Shown piece by piece: positions 18,609 through 28,344 of a stretch of 64,000 nt of DNA (the stretch's first letter is position 1; each line of letters begins with the position of its first letter). The stretch covers positions 184,058 to 248,057 of the forward strand of contig CAVYTU010000019.1 in NCBI GenBank assembly GCA_963771465.1, read 5' to 3'. The notes beneath the pieces were generated by a model, which made no database searches, had not been told where the DNA came from, and saw nothing but the letters and a program-made list of their open reading frames with translations. Made by a program: the position numbers and the translations under genes. This DNA is from an uncultured delta proteobacterium (GTDB taxonomy: Bacteria > Desulfobacterota > Binatia > UBA9968).

Positions 18609-18732
18609 AACATCACGCCGACGGAAGCCGGCGAATCAAAAAGCAACAAATCTTCAGCGGCAACGCGGTAGAGCAATTACGGTTGGCGGACGCGAAATCG
18701 CTTCCCGGCGAATTCCACGCTCAGGATTGACT

Positions 18733-19560
18733 CTATGGCTCTGAAACATCGACAAACACGCCGTCGGGACTCGATGTCACATGCTTACAGTGACGGCACC
18801 CTGCGATTAGTCCGACGCGCCGCTCGCCTTCGCTCGGTTCTGCAACGACGCGCTCGCGCATCTCAGGCTCAGCGTGGCGCAGCGCGGCCAGCTCTTTTTT
18901 CACCGCGTCGACGCTCTCGACTTGAAATCCAATATGCTCGATGCCCGGCCGGTCGATGCCGGCGCCTTCGAAGTCGCTCATCTTCCACGGCGCTATGATC
19001 AGCGTCATGCGGCCATCGGTGAGATAGAAATTGGGATCTTCGAGCGCCTTGTCCGCTTCTTTCAATTCGAATAGATCGCGGTAAAACGCCGCCGTCGCCG
19101 GCGCGTTCATGACGCGCAATTTGATATGATGAATCCGGCGCGGTTGCTCGCGTTCTTGCTCGGTATAAACATCGCGCCGGTTGGACATACCTTCTTGAGT
19201 GAGATCGAAATAATTACCTTCGGGATCGTGCGCGCCGAAGGTGGCGAACGGACGGTTCGATGGTCGCTTGAGCACGGCGACTTCGGGATATTTTTTCTTG
19301 ATCCGTGAGATCGCTTCGTCAACATCGTCGACATCGACGCCGAAATGATGCAAACCGGGAACGTAACCGGGCTTGCGCCCGATGACCGTCACGCCGACAT
19401 AACCGTCGCTGATGCTGACGGCATAATTGGTGCGAATCGCTTTCTGTTCTTCCTCAGAGCCAGGCTTGGACCGCTTCATGCCGAACACGGCTTCGTAAAA
19501 CTTCGCCTCGCGCACGAAATTTTCACTGACGATTGCCGCGTGCTGAATTTTGGTTAACAT
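18733..19560 (-). CDS. Two-domain VOC family protein
   Basis: IQHAAI, LHHFGVDVDD, DPEGNYFD, IHHIKL, IEHIGF, PDGVFVD; the ORF-track extension to 19617 is translated repeat. Confidence 0.8.
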   Translation of the reverse strand: MLTKIQHAAIVSENFVREAKFYEAVFGMKRSKPGSEEEQKAIRTNYAVSISDGYVGVTVIGRKPGYVPGLHHFGVDVDDVDEAISRIKKKYPEVAVLKRPSNRPFATFGAHDPEGNYFDLTQEGMSNRRDVYTEQEREQPRRIHHIKLRVMNAPATAAFYRDLFELKEADKALEDPNFYLTDGRMTLIIAPWKMSDFEGAGIDRPGIEHIGFQVESVDAVKKELAALRHAEPEMRERVVAEPSEGERRVGLIAGCRHCKHVTSSPDGVFVDVSEP

Positions 19561-19583
19561 TTTAGCCTCACTTCGCTCGGCTT

Positions 19584-19686
19584 GTTCAAAACGTTCAAGC
19601 AGTTCAAGCAGTTCCAATCGTTTAACGCGTTAACCGTTTGAACTCGGAGACGGCTTCAACGTTCTAAATATTTGAACATTTTGAAC
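19584..19686. repeat. Nonamer tandem and inverted repeat (GTTCAANNN / NNNTTGAAC)
   Basis: gttcaaaac gttcaagca gttcaagca gttccaatc gtttaacgc ... tttgaac attttgaac. Confidence 0.7.
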
Positions 19687-19691
19687 GCGAA

Positions 19692-20690
19692 TCATTTCCC
19701 TGTGATTCGCTTGAAGAACCCTTCTTTTTCCAATTCATCGACCGTGCTCTCGTCAATATACTTGGCCGGATTCATATCGACTTTCGGATTGCGCTGCGCC
19801 ACCATATCGAGCGTGTTGCGGATGCCCTGCGACGCGATGCGCGTGGGGAATGCGAAGCTTGTGGCGATATACTGATACGTCTCCTCGATCGCCCGAGGAT
19901 TTTTTTGCTGCAGCCACTTGGTGAGAACACCGGTCGCTTTTTCTTTGCTCGTGATCATCGCATAGGTCGCTTCGGCGTAGGCCTGTTGGTAGCGCTTTAC
20001 CAACTCGCGATTCTGTTGCAAGAAAGGCCGGCGCACTACCATGACATTCATCGGAAACGCGGCGGTCTTCATGTCACGCATGTGCACGAGCACGTTCATG
20101 CCAAGGCGCGTCGCTTCGCCAACCTCCGGTTGAGCGAGCACCGTGGCATCGAGCACTTTTGCCGTCAGACCGAGAAATCGCTGCGACGCGCCGCCGGCTT
20201 GCAGAATCGTCACCGACTGGCGCGGTAGATTCCATTCCTTGAGCGCGAGCAGCACCGCGAGTTCGTTGGCGCCGCCAAAACCGACAATACCGATCTTCTT
20301 GCCGGCGAGATCTTCGGGTTTGCGAATTTCCTTTTGCGCCACAAAGCTGAATGGAAAAGTGTTGAGCGAGCCGGAAATCATCACCAGATCGGCGCCCTGA
20401 GCGATGGCGTTGATGGTCGTTACCGCGTCCACTTGGGCAAACTGGGCGCTGTTGCCGAGTAACGCTTGAATCTGCCGGGTCGAGCCCGGCGTCAAAACCA
20501 AGTCGGCATTGATGCCGTACTTGTTTAATAAACCGAGATCCTTAGTTGCCCAAAGCGGCGACTGGAATCCGGCAAAGCCGGCATAGGCGATCACGTAGCG
20601 CTCTTGCGCCATAGCTAGCGATGGAGCCGACCCTATGAAACAGAGGATGGCGATGATCAGTCGGTAGTATAGAGGTTTTGGTTTTGTCAT
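19692..20690 (-). CDS. ABC transporter substrate-binding protein, NMT1/THI5/SsuA-like
   Basis: Signal peptide, PLWATKDLG, DLAGKKIGI, EGFFKR. Confidence 0.85.
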   Translation of the reverse strand: MTKPKPLYYRLIIAILCFIGSAPSLAMAQERYVIAYAGFAGFQSPLWATKDLGLLNKYGINADLVLTPGSTRQIQALLGNSAQFAQVDAVTTINAIAQGADLVMISGSLNTFPFSFVAQKEIRKPEDLAGKKIGIVGFGGANELAVLLALKEWNLPRQSVTILQAGGASQRFLGLTAKVLDATVLAQPEVGEATRLGMNVLVHMRDMKTAAFPMNVMVVRRPFLQQNRELVKRYQQAYAEATYAMITSKEKATGVLTKWLQQKNPRAIEETYQYIATSFAFPTRIASQGIRNTLDMVAQRNPKVDMNPAKYIDESTVDELEKEGFFKRITGK

Positions 20691-20746
20691 TGGGTCTGTT
20701 CTCTTGGCTGCTTGGCATCCTTGCGCGAGGATGTCCTACTGGGAAG

Positions 20747-22009
20747 TTATTTTATTTCGCGGCTACGGGTGAACTCTTTCCAATCCCTCGACTTGGGAAT
20801 GACATCGGAGAGCACGACTAGATTGGCAAACCGATTCGCCTTGGGATCGCGAACCACGTGTTGCGGATCGCGGCCTTGCTGCACGTCTTTGATCGCGTTC
20901 AAGATCAACTTGCGCGCGGCAATGATAGCTTTGTCGGACGACACCGGATTTTCCGCCGTGCGATTTTGCACGCGGCCCTGACTTTCAGTCGCGAAAGCAT
21001 CGTGGACCTGAAAATTAGTTCCCATGCCGGTAAACGTTTGCGTCTTCATCGACGCGCGGTCCTGCTGGTAGCGATTGGCGGCGTTGCGCCCCAGGCGATA
21101 ATCGGCAGTCAGCTCCACGCGGCTGCGCGTCCGCAAGAATTCGTCCAGTTCCTTGTCGCGGCTGAAGGCAAAGATATATTTCCAATGGCTGTAATCGTCG
21201 ATCGGCACGTGCCAGTGAACCGAATAACCTTCGCCCACCGTCGAGCCGCCGAACGCCGACAAATTCGGCATGACAAAATTGGTCACGCGCAGGTAGCGCT
21301 TATCCGCGCCGGCATCTCTCGTGGTGTAGATTCTCAGCCCAAAGTTGCTCACTTCGACCTCGATGGTCGGCGCCACGTCTTTGCCCAGCAGTGTGTTGTC
21401 CGTCGCATTTACAGCTTGGACAATTCGTTGGCGCGCCACCTGAGCTTCATCCAAATATTGATGCAAGAACGACAAGTGCACCGGATCGATGTTGCCTTCG
21501 TTGGCTTGCAAATAGTTGCACTGGTAAAACGCCTTGACCACGGTGCGCTTCTCCGGTACGGCCGTGAGAAACTCGTAGTTCGGGAGCAGCGGCGGCTCGC
21601 CCGGTCCCATGTAGGTAAAGATAACTCCGCCCGCTTCCTGGCACGGATAAGCAAGATGGCGAATCGCGCCTTTATTCGCGCCGCCACCCGGTTCGCCGGG
21701 TTGATCGATGACCCGGCCGCAGACATCGTAAAGCCAGCCGTGATACAGACAACGCAAACCACCGTCTTCGATCCGGCCGTAACTCAAATCGGTGCCGCGA
21801 TGCGAACAATGTAGGCCGATCAAACCAGGCCGATCCTGGTCGTCACGGAACAAAACTAATTCTTCGCCGAGGATTTTTACTTTTAGAGGCGCGCCGCCCG
21901 GCAGCTCGTCGCCCAGCGCCACCGGCTGCCAATAACGGCGAAGCATGTCACCGCAAGGCGTGCCGGGATGGGTCTGCGTTAGAAGCTGGTTTTCCTCAAC
22001 GGTAATCAT
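20747..22009 (-). CDS. Rieske non-heme iron oxygenase (phthalate 4,5-dioxygenase / LigX / VanA-like)
   Basis: CSH...CLYH Rieske ligands; EGNIDPVHLSFLH; HDAFATESQ. Confidence 0.9.
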   Translation of the reverse strand: MITVEENQLLTQTHPGTPCGDMLRRYWQPVALGDELPGGAPLKVKILGEELVLFRDDQDRPGLIGLHCSHRGTDLSYGRIEDGGLRCLYHGWLYDVCGRVIDQPGEPGGGANKGAIRHLAYPCQEAGGVIFTYMGPGEPPLLPNYEFLTAVPEKRTVVKAFYQCNYLQANEGNIDPVHLSFLHQYLDEAQVARQRIVQAVNATDNTLLGKDVAPTIEVEVSNFGLRIYTTRDAGADKRYLRVTNFVMPNLSAFGGSTVGEGYSVHWHVPIDDYSHWKYIFAFSRDKELDEFLRTRSRVELTADYRLGRNAANRYQQDRASMKTQTFTGMGTNFQVHDAFATESQGRVQNRTAENPVSSDKAIIAARKLILNAIKDVQQGRDPQHVVRDPKANRFANLVVLSDVIPKSRDWKEFTRSREIK

Positions 22010-22095
22010 ATGGGCACGCCTCTCTCACCATGACGTGGCGTTATCAAGGGTACGACACCGTTATAGCTATTCGGGCCGGTGTTGGGCAAGCGCGG

Positions 22096-23022
22096 TTAGG
22101 ACTGAAGTTGACTCGTCAAATCGTCGATAAATCCAGCGTCGTCCAGCTCTTTCACCCAATGCAAATCCCAGAGCGATAGGGGATTCAATCCGGCCGCTTC
22201 GGGAAATTCAATGGTCGCAATCTCGTAGGTGTTGGCGATCGCTTCCGGAGCAGGATAAGGCCGGATTTTCAAGCCGCTCACCACCGCATCGAAGCGGCGC
22301 TTGAGTTCGCTGTCGTCGTCGAGTTCCATGCAGGCTTTCAGCTCGGGCGCGAGCGCGGCGAGCGCCTCGCCAGGACGTCGCGTAAGCCAGACTAACGCGT
22401 GCACAACGGACTGAACGTAGGCGCGCATCACGGCGGAATTTTTCCGGGCGAATTCCACTAAGCAGGCCTGGGCGAACTGGCCGACGATGGGAATGTCCGG
22501 CACGGCCAGAACCTTCAAGCCGGCGTTGAGCGCATCGGGTAAATAGAGCGGCGACATGAAAGCCGCGACACAATCGCCGCTGACAACTTTTTTCCACTGG
22601 CCCCAGCGGCCGACGTCTTTGTCGTGTACGATGACCGGCTCAACGTCGCGTTCCAATCCGAGCATGCGCAGCCACAGCGTCACCGCGTGCGGCTGGCCGT
22701 GCGAACGCACCGCCATCTTGTTGCCGCGGAATTCCTCCACGCTCTGCACACCTTGCCGGACGACCAGATCGAGCCCGCCGCCCTTGCTCGGCGCACAGAA
22801 AAAAGCGATTTTTTTGCCCTTCTTCGCCTCGTCATAGAGATATTCTAAATGCTCGATGATGATGTCCGCCGCACCGTTGAATAGCGCGGCCTCATATTCA
22901 TCGCCATCTTGGATGCGCACGATTCGCACGTCAAGTTCGTAGTACCGCTTGGCCACTTCGCGGATGGCGAAGATCACCGGCGTGCGGTCATCGTCACGGT
23001 AGGCAAGAGTCAAACTTTGCAT
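22096..23022 (-). CDS. NMT1/THI5-fold protein lacking a signal peptide
   Basis: Starts MQSLTLAYRD 12 nt after the upstream stop; EFRGNKMAV, PYPAPEAIAN, LWDLHW..LDDAGFID. Confidence 0.65.
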   Translation of the reverse strand: MQSLTLAYRDDDRTPVIFAIREVAKRYYELDVRIVRIQDGDEYEAALFNGAADIIIEHLEYLYDEAKKGKKIAFFCAPSKGGGLDLVVRQGVQSVEEFRGNKMAVRSHGQPHAVTLWLRMLGLERDVEPVIVHDKDVGRWGQWKKVVSGDCVAAFMSPLYLPDALNAGLKVLAVPDIPIVGQFAQACLVEFARKNSAVMRAYVQSVVHALVWLTRRPGEALAALAPELKACMELDDDSELKRRFDAVVSGLKIRPYPAPEAIANTYEIATIEFPEAAGLNPLSLWDLHWVKELDDAGFIDDLTSQLQS

Positions 23023-23034
23023 GGTTGAATTCGC

Positions 23035-23457
23035 TTACTTCTTCGCTTCGCTTGGCGGCTCGATAACCGATTGAGTCCGCGTGGCGAAACTTACATCCGG
23101 TCGCACTTTCAGCGTCGTCCCGTGCGCGACTTGCACCGTGCCGGTCTTAACTCCGCGTGGCTTCTTCACGTAGCGCGCTCTCGTACAATGCACCGCCGTC
23201 GTGCCGGCGTTGCGCGCTTTGCTGTGGTAAGCCGCCACCGACGCGGCTTGACGCAGCGTTGCTTTGCTCGGCTCTTCGTCAGCCTTGGCGCGCAGAATCA
23301 CGTGACTCCCCGGCACGCCGTTGGCATGAAACCACCAGTCGTTGGGTTCCGCCACTTGGGTGCTTACATAATCGTTGTCAGCGTCGGATGCCCCGAGCAA
23401 CACCGTCCACTCCCCAGGGAGTTGGTAAGCTAGGATGCGCGGCTTGGTTTGTTTCAA
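23035..23457 (-). CDS. Stand-alone NFACT-R (DUF814) RNA-binding domain protein
   Basis: DND, DWWFHANGVPGSHVIL, AAYHSK, VKKPRG..GTV. Confidence 0.85.
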   Translation of the reverse strand: MKQTKPRILAYQLPGEWTVLLGASDADNDYVSTQVAEPNDWWFHANGVPGSHVILRAKADEEPSKATLRQAASVAAYHSKARNAGTTAVHCTRARYVKKPRGVKTGTVQVAHGTTLKVRPDVSFATRTQSVIEPPSEAKK

Positions 23458-23486
23458 GGTTGACGAGACCGGATCGCGTGTGCGAC

Positions 23487-24498
23487 TTATTTACCGTAGA
23501 GCTTTTTGAAAAATCCTTCGTCCTCAAGGCTTTTCAACAGCGAGATATCGAGAAACTCCCCGGCCTTGCGACCTTTGAGATGGGCGTAACTGTGGCTTAA
23601 GTCTTCGATGTCGTTTTGAATCGCTTCTTCTTTGGGAAACGGCCGCGCCGGAATCGAGCCGAGGAGATAATTCTTATGCATCGAGTCCAGCATCTTCGGA
23701 TCCTCGATTTTCAAATACTTGCGATATACCCGCAGCGCCTGCTCCTTTTGTGTCCGGCCGATAAACGTGCCTTCCGTGATTGCCATGAGAAATGCCTTGA
23801 GCTGGCGCGGCTTCTGCTTTAGTAATTGACGGCTCGTCGCGATATCGCTGCCGGTGGTATAAATTCCGGCTTCATAAACATCTGCCAACACGGAAAACTT
23901 CATGCCCTTGGCCGCGAGTTGGAGCAAATTATCCTCCGTCCCAAGCGTTGCATCGATCTTGCCTTGCATCAACATCAGGAGTCGGCGATCCGACTCGCTG
24001 ATACCGGTGGGGAGCAGCGTCACATCTTTACCCGGCGTCAAGCCGAGTTTGGGCAGCAGCCGTTGCAATGCGAAGTCGGTGCCCGCGCCGATGCGGCTCG
24101 AGCCGATGATCTTGCCTTTCAATCCTTGCACCGTGGTGATGTTCGGATGGGCGATCAGCTTGTAAGCGATATGTCCCAAGCTGGCGATGATCACCAACGG
24201 CGCGCCGCGCGCCGCCGCGCCGACGGCGCTTGACCCCGAAGCGGCGATGATGTCGACGCTGCCGCCGAGCAACGCATTGACTGAAGTCACTCCCGAGGCG
24301 ATGTAAACCAGATTGCCTTCTAGTCCATACTTCTCAAACAAACCTAAATCCTTAGCGATCCACAACGGCGCCCGCGTACCCGATACGGAAGCGAAAGAAA
24401 TGGAAAAGGAGTCGAGCTTTTTGTCCTGGCCTCTTGTCGAACTAGGCAAAAGCAACGCCGTAAAAACCAAAAGCAGTACGACTGTGCAATCGCCACAT
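23487..24498 (-). CDS. ABC transporter substrate-binding protein, NMT1/THI5/SsuA-like (possible indel in the signal peptide)
   Basis: PLWIAKDLGLFEKYG, LKGKIIG, EGFFKKLY. ORF opens at TTG 24470, but an ATG at 24498 with GGAGAAG RBS is one base out of frame. Confidence 0.8.
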
Positions 24499-24510
24499 TA
24501 TCGATCTTCT

Positions 24511-24549
24511 CCATTCTCAATTCGTCCATTCTCCATTTTCCATTCTGCA
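24511..24549. repeat. Heptamer tandem repeat (TCCATTY family)
   Basis: ccattct caattcg tccattc tccattt tccattc; same family at 33266 and 57013. Confidence 0.65.
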
Positions 24550-25302
24550 TCAGTAATGATCCCCTTCGTCCAGCGTGCGAATCGCGGCGCGAATCTGCGC
24601 CTTCGATCTCACCTTGTGTTTGTAGAGCAGGAACGGCCACGAGCGATAGGGATTTTCCAGCCGCGCTTGGTTGCGCCCGCCGCCTTCATCGTTGAGCGGC
24701 GTCAACTCGGTGATGCTCATCATGAGCAGTTGATCCTGACAAGCGCGCTCCAATTGAATCGCCGTCACACACGCGCCTTCGATGCCCGGCCCGGTCACCA
24801 CCACGCCATGACCGCGCAGAAACGTTGCATGACGCGCGCCGAGGTTTGCGACCATTTGCTCCGCGTGCGCCATGTTGCGGATACCGCGGCTATCGGGAAA
24901 AACCGGCACGCCATCGGAGAGAATTTTCGCTTCGCGATTGAACGGGATCAGTCCGCTGTCGAGCAGGCCGACGAGAATCGAGTAACGCGCGTGACAATGA
25001 ATCACGCTGCCGACATCCGGCCTGGCGCGGTAGATCGCCGCGTGGATGACCGTTTCTGATGGAATCGGCCCTTTGCCGGCGATCCGTTTGGCGTCGAAGT
25101 TGACCGTGCAAATATCTTTTGGATCGGCGAGCACGCCGGCAAAGCGCGGATTGATCAGAAAAGTTTCCGTGCCGGGAATGCGCGCGCTTAGATGACCAGA
25201 TCCAGACAACACGCCTTCGCCGGTGATCACTTGTAGGCCGTCAACCAACCTACGCTTCAAATCCTCTACTTGCGCTTTTGGGCTTTGCTTTTTCGCAGCC
25301 AT
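24550..25302 (-). CDS. Class II aldolase/adducin family protein
   Basis: GHLSAR, PSETVIH, IHCH, LRGHG. Confidence 0.85.
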   Translation of the reverse strand: MAAKKQSPKAQVEDLKRRLVDGLQVITGEGVLSGSGHLSARIPGTETFLINPRFAGVLADPKDICTVNFDAKRIAGKGPIPSETVIHAAIYRARPDVGSVIHCHARYSILVGLLDSGLIPFNREAKILSDGVPVFPDSRGIRNMAHAEQMVANLGARHATFLRGHGVVVTGPGIEGACVTAIQLERACQDQLLMMSITELTPLNDEGGGRNQARLENPYRSWPFLLYKHKVRSKAQIRAAIRTLDEGDHY

Positions 25303-25332
25303 AATTGTCGGACTCCTCTCATCATCCTTCAC

Positions 25333-25368
25333 GTTTTGAACGGCTTGAACGATTGGAACGTTTTGAAC
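25333..25368. repeat. Nonamer tandem repeat x4 (NNNTTGAAC)
   Basis: gttttgaac ggcttgaac gattggaac gttttgaac. Confidence 0.7.
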
Positions 25369-25369
25369 T

Positions 25370-26128
25370 CTATGCCCTTTTCAGCCACTCGCAGTAAAAC
25401 CGCCACAGCGTCTGCGCGCCGCCACCGCTCATGCCGGTGCCGCTTCGCGATGTGAAGGCCTGCTGATCTTTCTCGGAAATAGACGGCACGTTGCCCAGTG
25501 AAGCCGCCTGCAAATTCATGCGCGCTAGGGCGTCGAGCTTGATCGCCTTGATCGTCGCATCCTCCACGCTTGAGCCGCAAACCACGGCGCCGTGGCCGCG
25601 CAAGACGCAAATATCGCTGTCGCCCATCACCGCCATCATCTCATGCACATGCTCGACCCGATGCAACGTGAGACTGCTGCGATAGACGGGAATGCCGTTG
25701 ATCGCCATGCGCATGGCGCGCGGATCGTAACCGCCAAAAATCGGTCTCAGCTCGATACCGGCCATGCTCGTCAGCACGACCGACGCTGGATGCGCATGCA
25801 CGATACCGCCCACCGCCGGTCGAGCTTGGTAAATTTCGCCATGAATCACCGACTCGTTCGGCGGCTTTAGTATGCCGGACTTTTGCATGCGCTGGCCGGC
25901 GAAATTCGCCAGCACGACATCCGACGCTTTGGTAAATAGCAGCCCGGTTTCTTCTCTGCCACGGCCGCGGATGAACATGTTCGCGCCATCGGTGCTACGC
26001 GCGCTTACATGGCCGGTGGTTTCTTTGAACAAGCCCAGCTTGGCGAGTATCTGGCAAGACAACGCGACCTTCTTCGCTAGCGCCGCGTCGGCCGCCCGAG
26101 GATTCTGAATTTTTGATCGCGGGGACAC
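25370..26128 (-). CDS. Class II aldolase/adducin family protein
   Basis: GHVSAR, PNESVIH, VHAHP, LRGHG; start uncertain because it lies in an AAAATCC-type repeat. Confidence 0.85.
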   Translation of the reverse strand: MSPRSKIQNPRAADAALAKKVALSCQILAKLGLFKETTGHVSARSTDGANMFIRGRGREETGLLFTKASDVVLANFAGQRMQKSGILKPPNESVIHGEIYQARPAVGGIVHAHPASVVLTSMAGIELRPIFGGYDPRAMRMAINGIPVYRSSLTLHRVEHVHEMMAVMGDSDICVLRGHGAVVCGSSVEDATIKAIKLDALARMNLQAASLGNVPSISEKDQQAFTSRSGTGMSGGGAQTLWRFYCEWLKRA

Positions 26129-26162
26129 TTTTGGATTTGGGATTGTCGTAGTCCTTCGTTAA

Positions 26163-26240
26163 GCTAACCGGGTTAGTAACACGCGCCCAAACCACGGTCA
26201 ACGAATCACTCAATTGACAGCCTGAAGTCATTGCTATACG
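26163..26240. promoter_or_regulatory. Divergent promoter region
   Basis: Plus strand TTGACA(26214)...TGcTATACG(26235) 9 nt before ATG 26250; minus strand TTGACC-N17-TACTAA; CTAACC-G-GGTTAG palindrome at ~26164. Confidence 0.35.
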
Positions 26241-26249
26241 AGAGTCACG

Positions 26250-27200
26250 ATGACTCATCGAATCTGGCTACGCGTCAACCTTCCGGAAGACGACATCGCG
26301 GCATTGCGGCGAGAATTTTCAAGCTGCGAATTCCGTCACGGCGACGATGCGAGCATGGAGCCGCAATGGCTGACACAGTTCGACGGCGTGTTCACCGAAG
26401 AGCCAATACCGGACGAAGATCGTGCAGCGCATGACGAATTTGCAATGGCTCCACGTCACGCGCGGCGGCGTGAACGTCTATCTCACGCCGAGCGTAAAAG
26501 CGCGGCCGATCCAGGTAACCGGATCGAAGGGCATCCACGGCACGGTTTTTTCGGAATTCGCTCTCGCCGCGATCTTCATGCTGGCGAAAAAGTTGCCGCA
26601 GTGCATCGAAGCCCAGCGCGAGAAAAAATGGCAGAAGCTCCAACCGATGGAAGTCGAAGGCAAAACCGTCGGCATCGTCGGCCTCGGCACCGCCGGCGAC
26701 GAGTTGGCGCGCAAAGCCAAAGCGCTCGGCATGCGCGTCCTGGCAACCAAGCGAACCACAACGGCAAAGCCCGATTATGTCGACGAGCTCGGCACGCCGG
26801 AATTTTTGCCGCGCTTGCTCGCGGAATCCGACTACGTCGTGCTGCTGCTCGCGTCGGTGCCGTCAACCTTCAACATCATCGGCGAAAAGGAACTGCGCCT
26901 GATGAAGCCGAGCGCCTATTTCATCAATCTCACCGGCGGCCGCGCCGTCGAGGAAAAATTGCTCCTGCGCGCGCTCAAAGAAAAATGGTTTGCCGGCGCC
27001 GTGCTCGATGCCTTCGCCAAACAGCCGCTGCCGGAAGATTCCGAGCTCTGGAGCTTGCCCAACGTTATCATCACGCCGCGCATCGCCGGCATCACTAGTC
27101 AGAAATGGCCCGCGGTATTGCCAGTCTTCAAAGAAAACCTGCGCCGCTTCATCGCCGGCGAGGCGCTTCGCAATGTGGTGAACAAGGGATTGGGCTACTA
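26250..27200 (+). CDS. D-2-hydroxyacid dehydrogenase family protein with non-canonical catalytic residues (apparent +1 frameshift near 26418)
   Basis: N-terminus in ORF 26250, remainder in ORF 26422; GLGTAG Rossmann motif; NLTGG, DAFAKQP, TPRIAG. Confidence 0.8.
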
Positions 27201-27231
27201 AATACTGACGCATCACACGGGAGGTTCTCCG

Positions 27232-28215
27232 ATGCAGCGAGATAAGCGACGGCGGCTTTTGCCATTGTCACTTTTGATCAGTCTGATTGTCCTCGCCGGC
27301 TGCGCGCAGACCTATCAACCCGTCCGCCCCATCGAATTAGTCGTTCATAGCGCGCCCGGCGGCGGATCGGATGTCTTCGCCCGCGAGGTTGTCGCCATGG
27401 TGGAAAAGGAGAAGTTGCTCGCGCAGCCGATCCGGGTCGTCAACAAGATCGTCGATGCCGGCCTGGAAGCGATGGAGTATCTGGTGGACAAAAAAGGCGA
27501 CGATCACACCATCGCGGTTTTTACCAACACTTGGGTAGCCACGCCGCTAACCAGCGCCAAGGCGAAATATTCGGTTAAGGACTTAACGCCCATCGTTCGC
27601 CTGGTCTTGGAACCGACCATCGCAGTGGTCCATGCAAACTCGCCGTACAAATCGATGAACGATTTCGTCGCAGCGGCGAAGAAAAATCCGGATACGCTGA
27701 AGCAGGCGGGCGGTTCGGTCACCGCTATCGAGAGTTTGACCGGCTTGCTATTGCAAAATGCCACCGGCGCCAAATGGACTTTTGTCCCTACGCCAGCCGT
27801 CAAAGACCGCATCGCCAATCTCCTAGCCGGCGACGTGCAGATTATCATTCCCCAGCCGCAAGACGTGAACGAGCATATCGTCAGCGGCAGAGTGAGACCG
27901 ATCGCCGCGCTGACCGAGAAACGGCTCACGGTTTTGCCCCAGGTGCCGACGATCAAAGAGCAAGGCATCAACGTGCCGATCATCGCCAATGCGCGCGGCA
28001 TTCTCGCGCCGCCCGGCGTGTCGAAAGAAGTCATCGTCTTCTGGGAGGACTTCTTCGCGCGCCTGACTCAAACCGCAAGCTGGAAAAAATACATCGCGGC
28101 TAACCAGGTCGAGGACGTATTCATCAAAGGCGGCGAGCTCGGGCCATTCCTCGACGAGCAAACAAAATTGATGCGCTCAGTATTGCAACAGGCGGGCGTC
28201 AAGCTGGCGCGTTGA
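27232..28215 (+). CDS. TctC/Bug family substrate-binding lipoprotein
   Basis: LAGC lipobox, PIELVVHSAPGGGSD, PQVPTIKEQG, RGILAPPG. Confidence 0.85.
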   Translation: MQRDKRRRLLPLSLLISLIVLAGCAQTYQPVRPIELVVHSAPGGGSDVFAREVVAMVEKEKLLAQPIRVVNKIVDAGLEAMEYLVDKKGDDHTIAVFTNTWVATPLTSAKAKYSVKDLTPIVRLVLEPTIAVVHANSPYKSMNDFVAAAKKNPDTLKQAGGSVTAIESLTGLLLQNATGAKWTFVPTPAVKDRIANLLAGDVQIIIPQPQDVNEHIVSGRVRPIAALTEKRLTVLPQVPTIKEQGINVPIIANARGILAPPGVSKEVIVFWEDFFARLTQTASWKKYIAANQVEDVFIKGGELGPFLDEQTKLMRSVLQQAGVKLAR

Positions 28216-28344
28216 GAAGAAATCGGCCCCTTTGACTCGACGACATCGTCGGTCTGCTCGATGGGATCGATACGAGTTATTCGCCTTGTCCACCGCACTG
28301 CGCTGTAGTAGATATGAACCCATCAAATCCGGGAGGGTAAACCG

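Noticed and set aside
19561-19617. N-terminal ORF extensions such as MELLELLERFEQ (19617), MEYWDSESG (29413) and the 57263 start
   Set aside because: They are translations of intergenic repeats or overlap the upstream gene; homology begins at downstream ATGs.
19584-19686. CRISPR array in the GTTCAA repeats
   Set aside because: The period is 9 bp with no spacers, and there are no cas genes.
26400-26430. Programmed ribosomal frameshifting at the split genes
   Set aside because: No slippery heptamer or shared stimulatory structure; indels are spread over unrelated genes.
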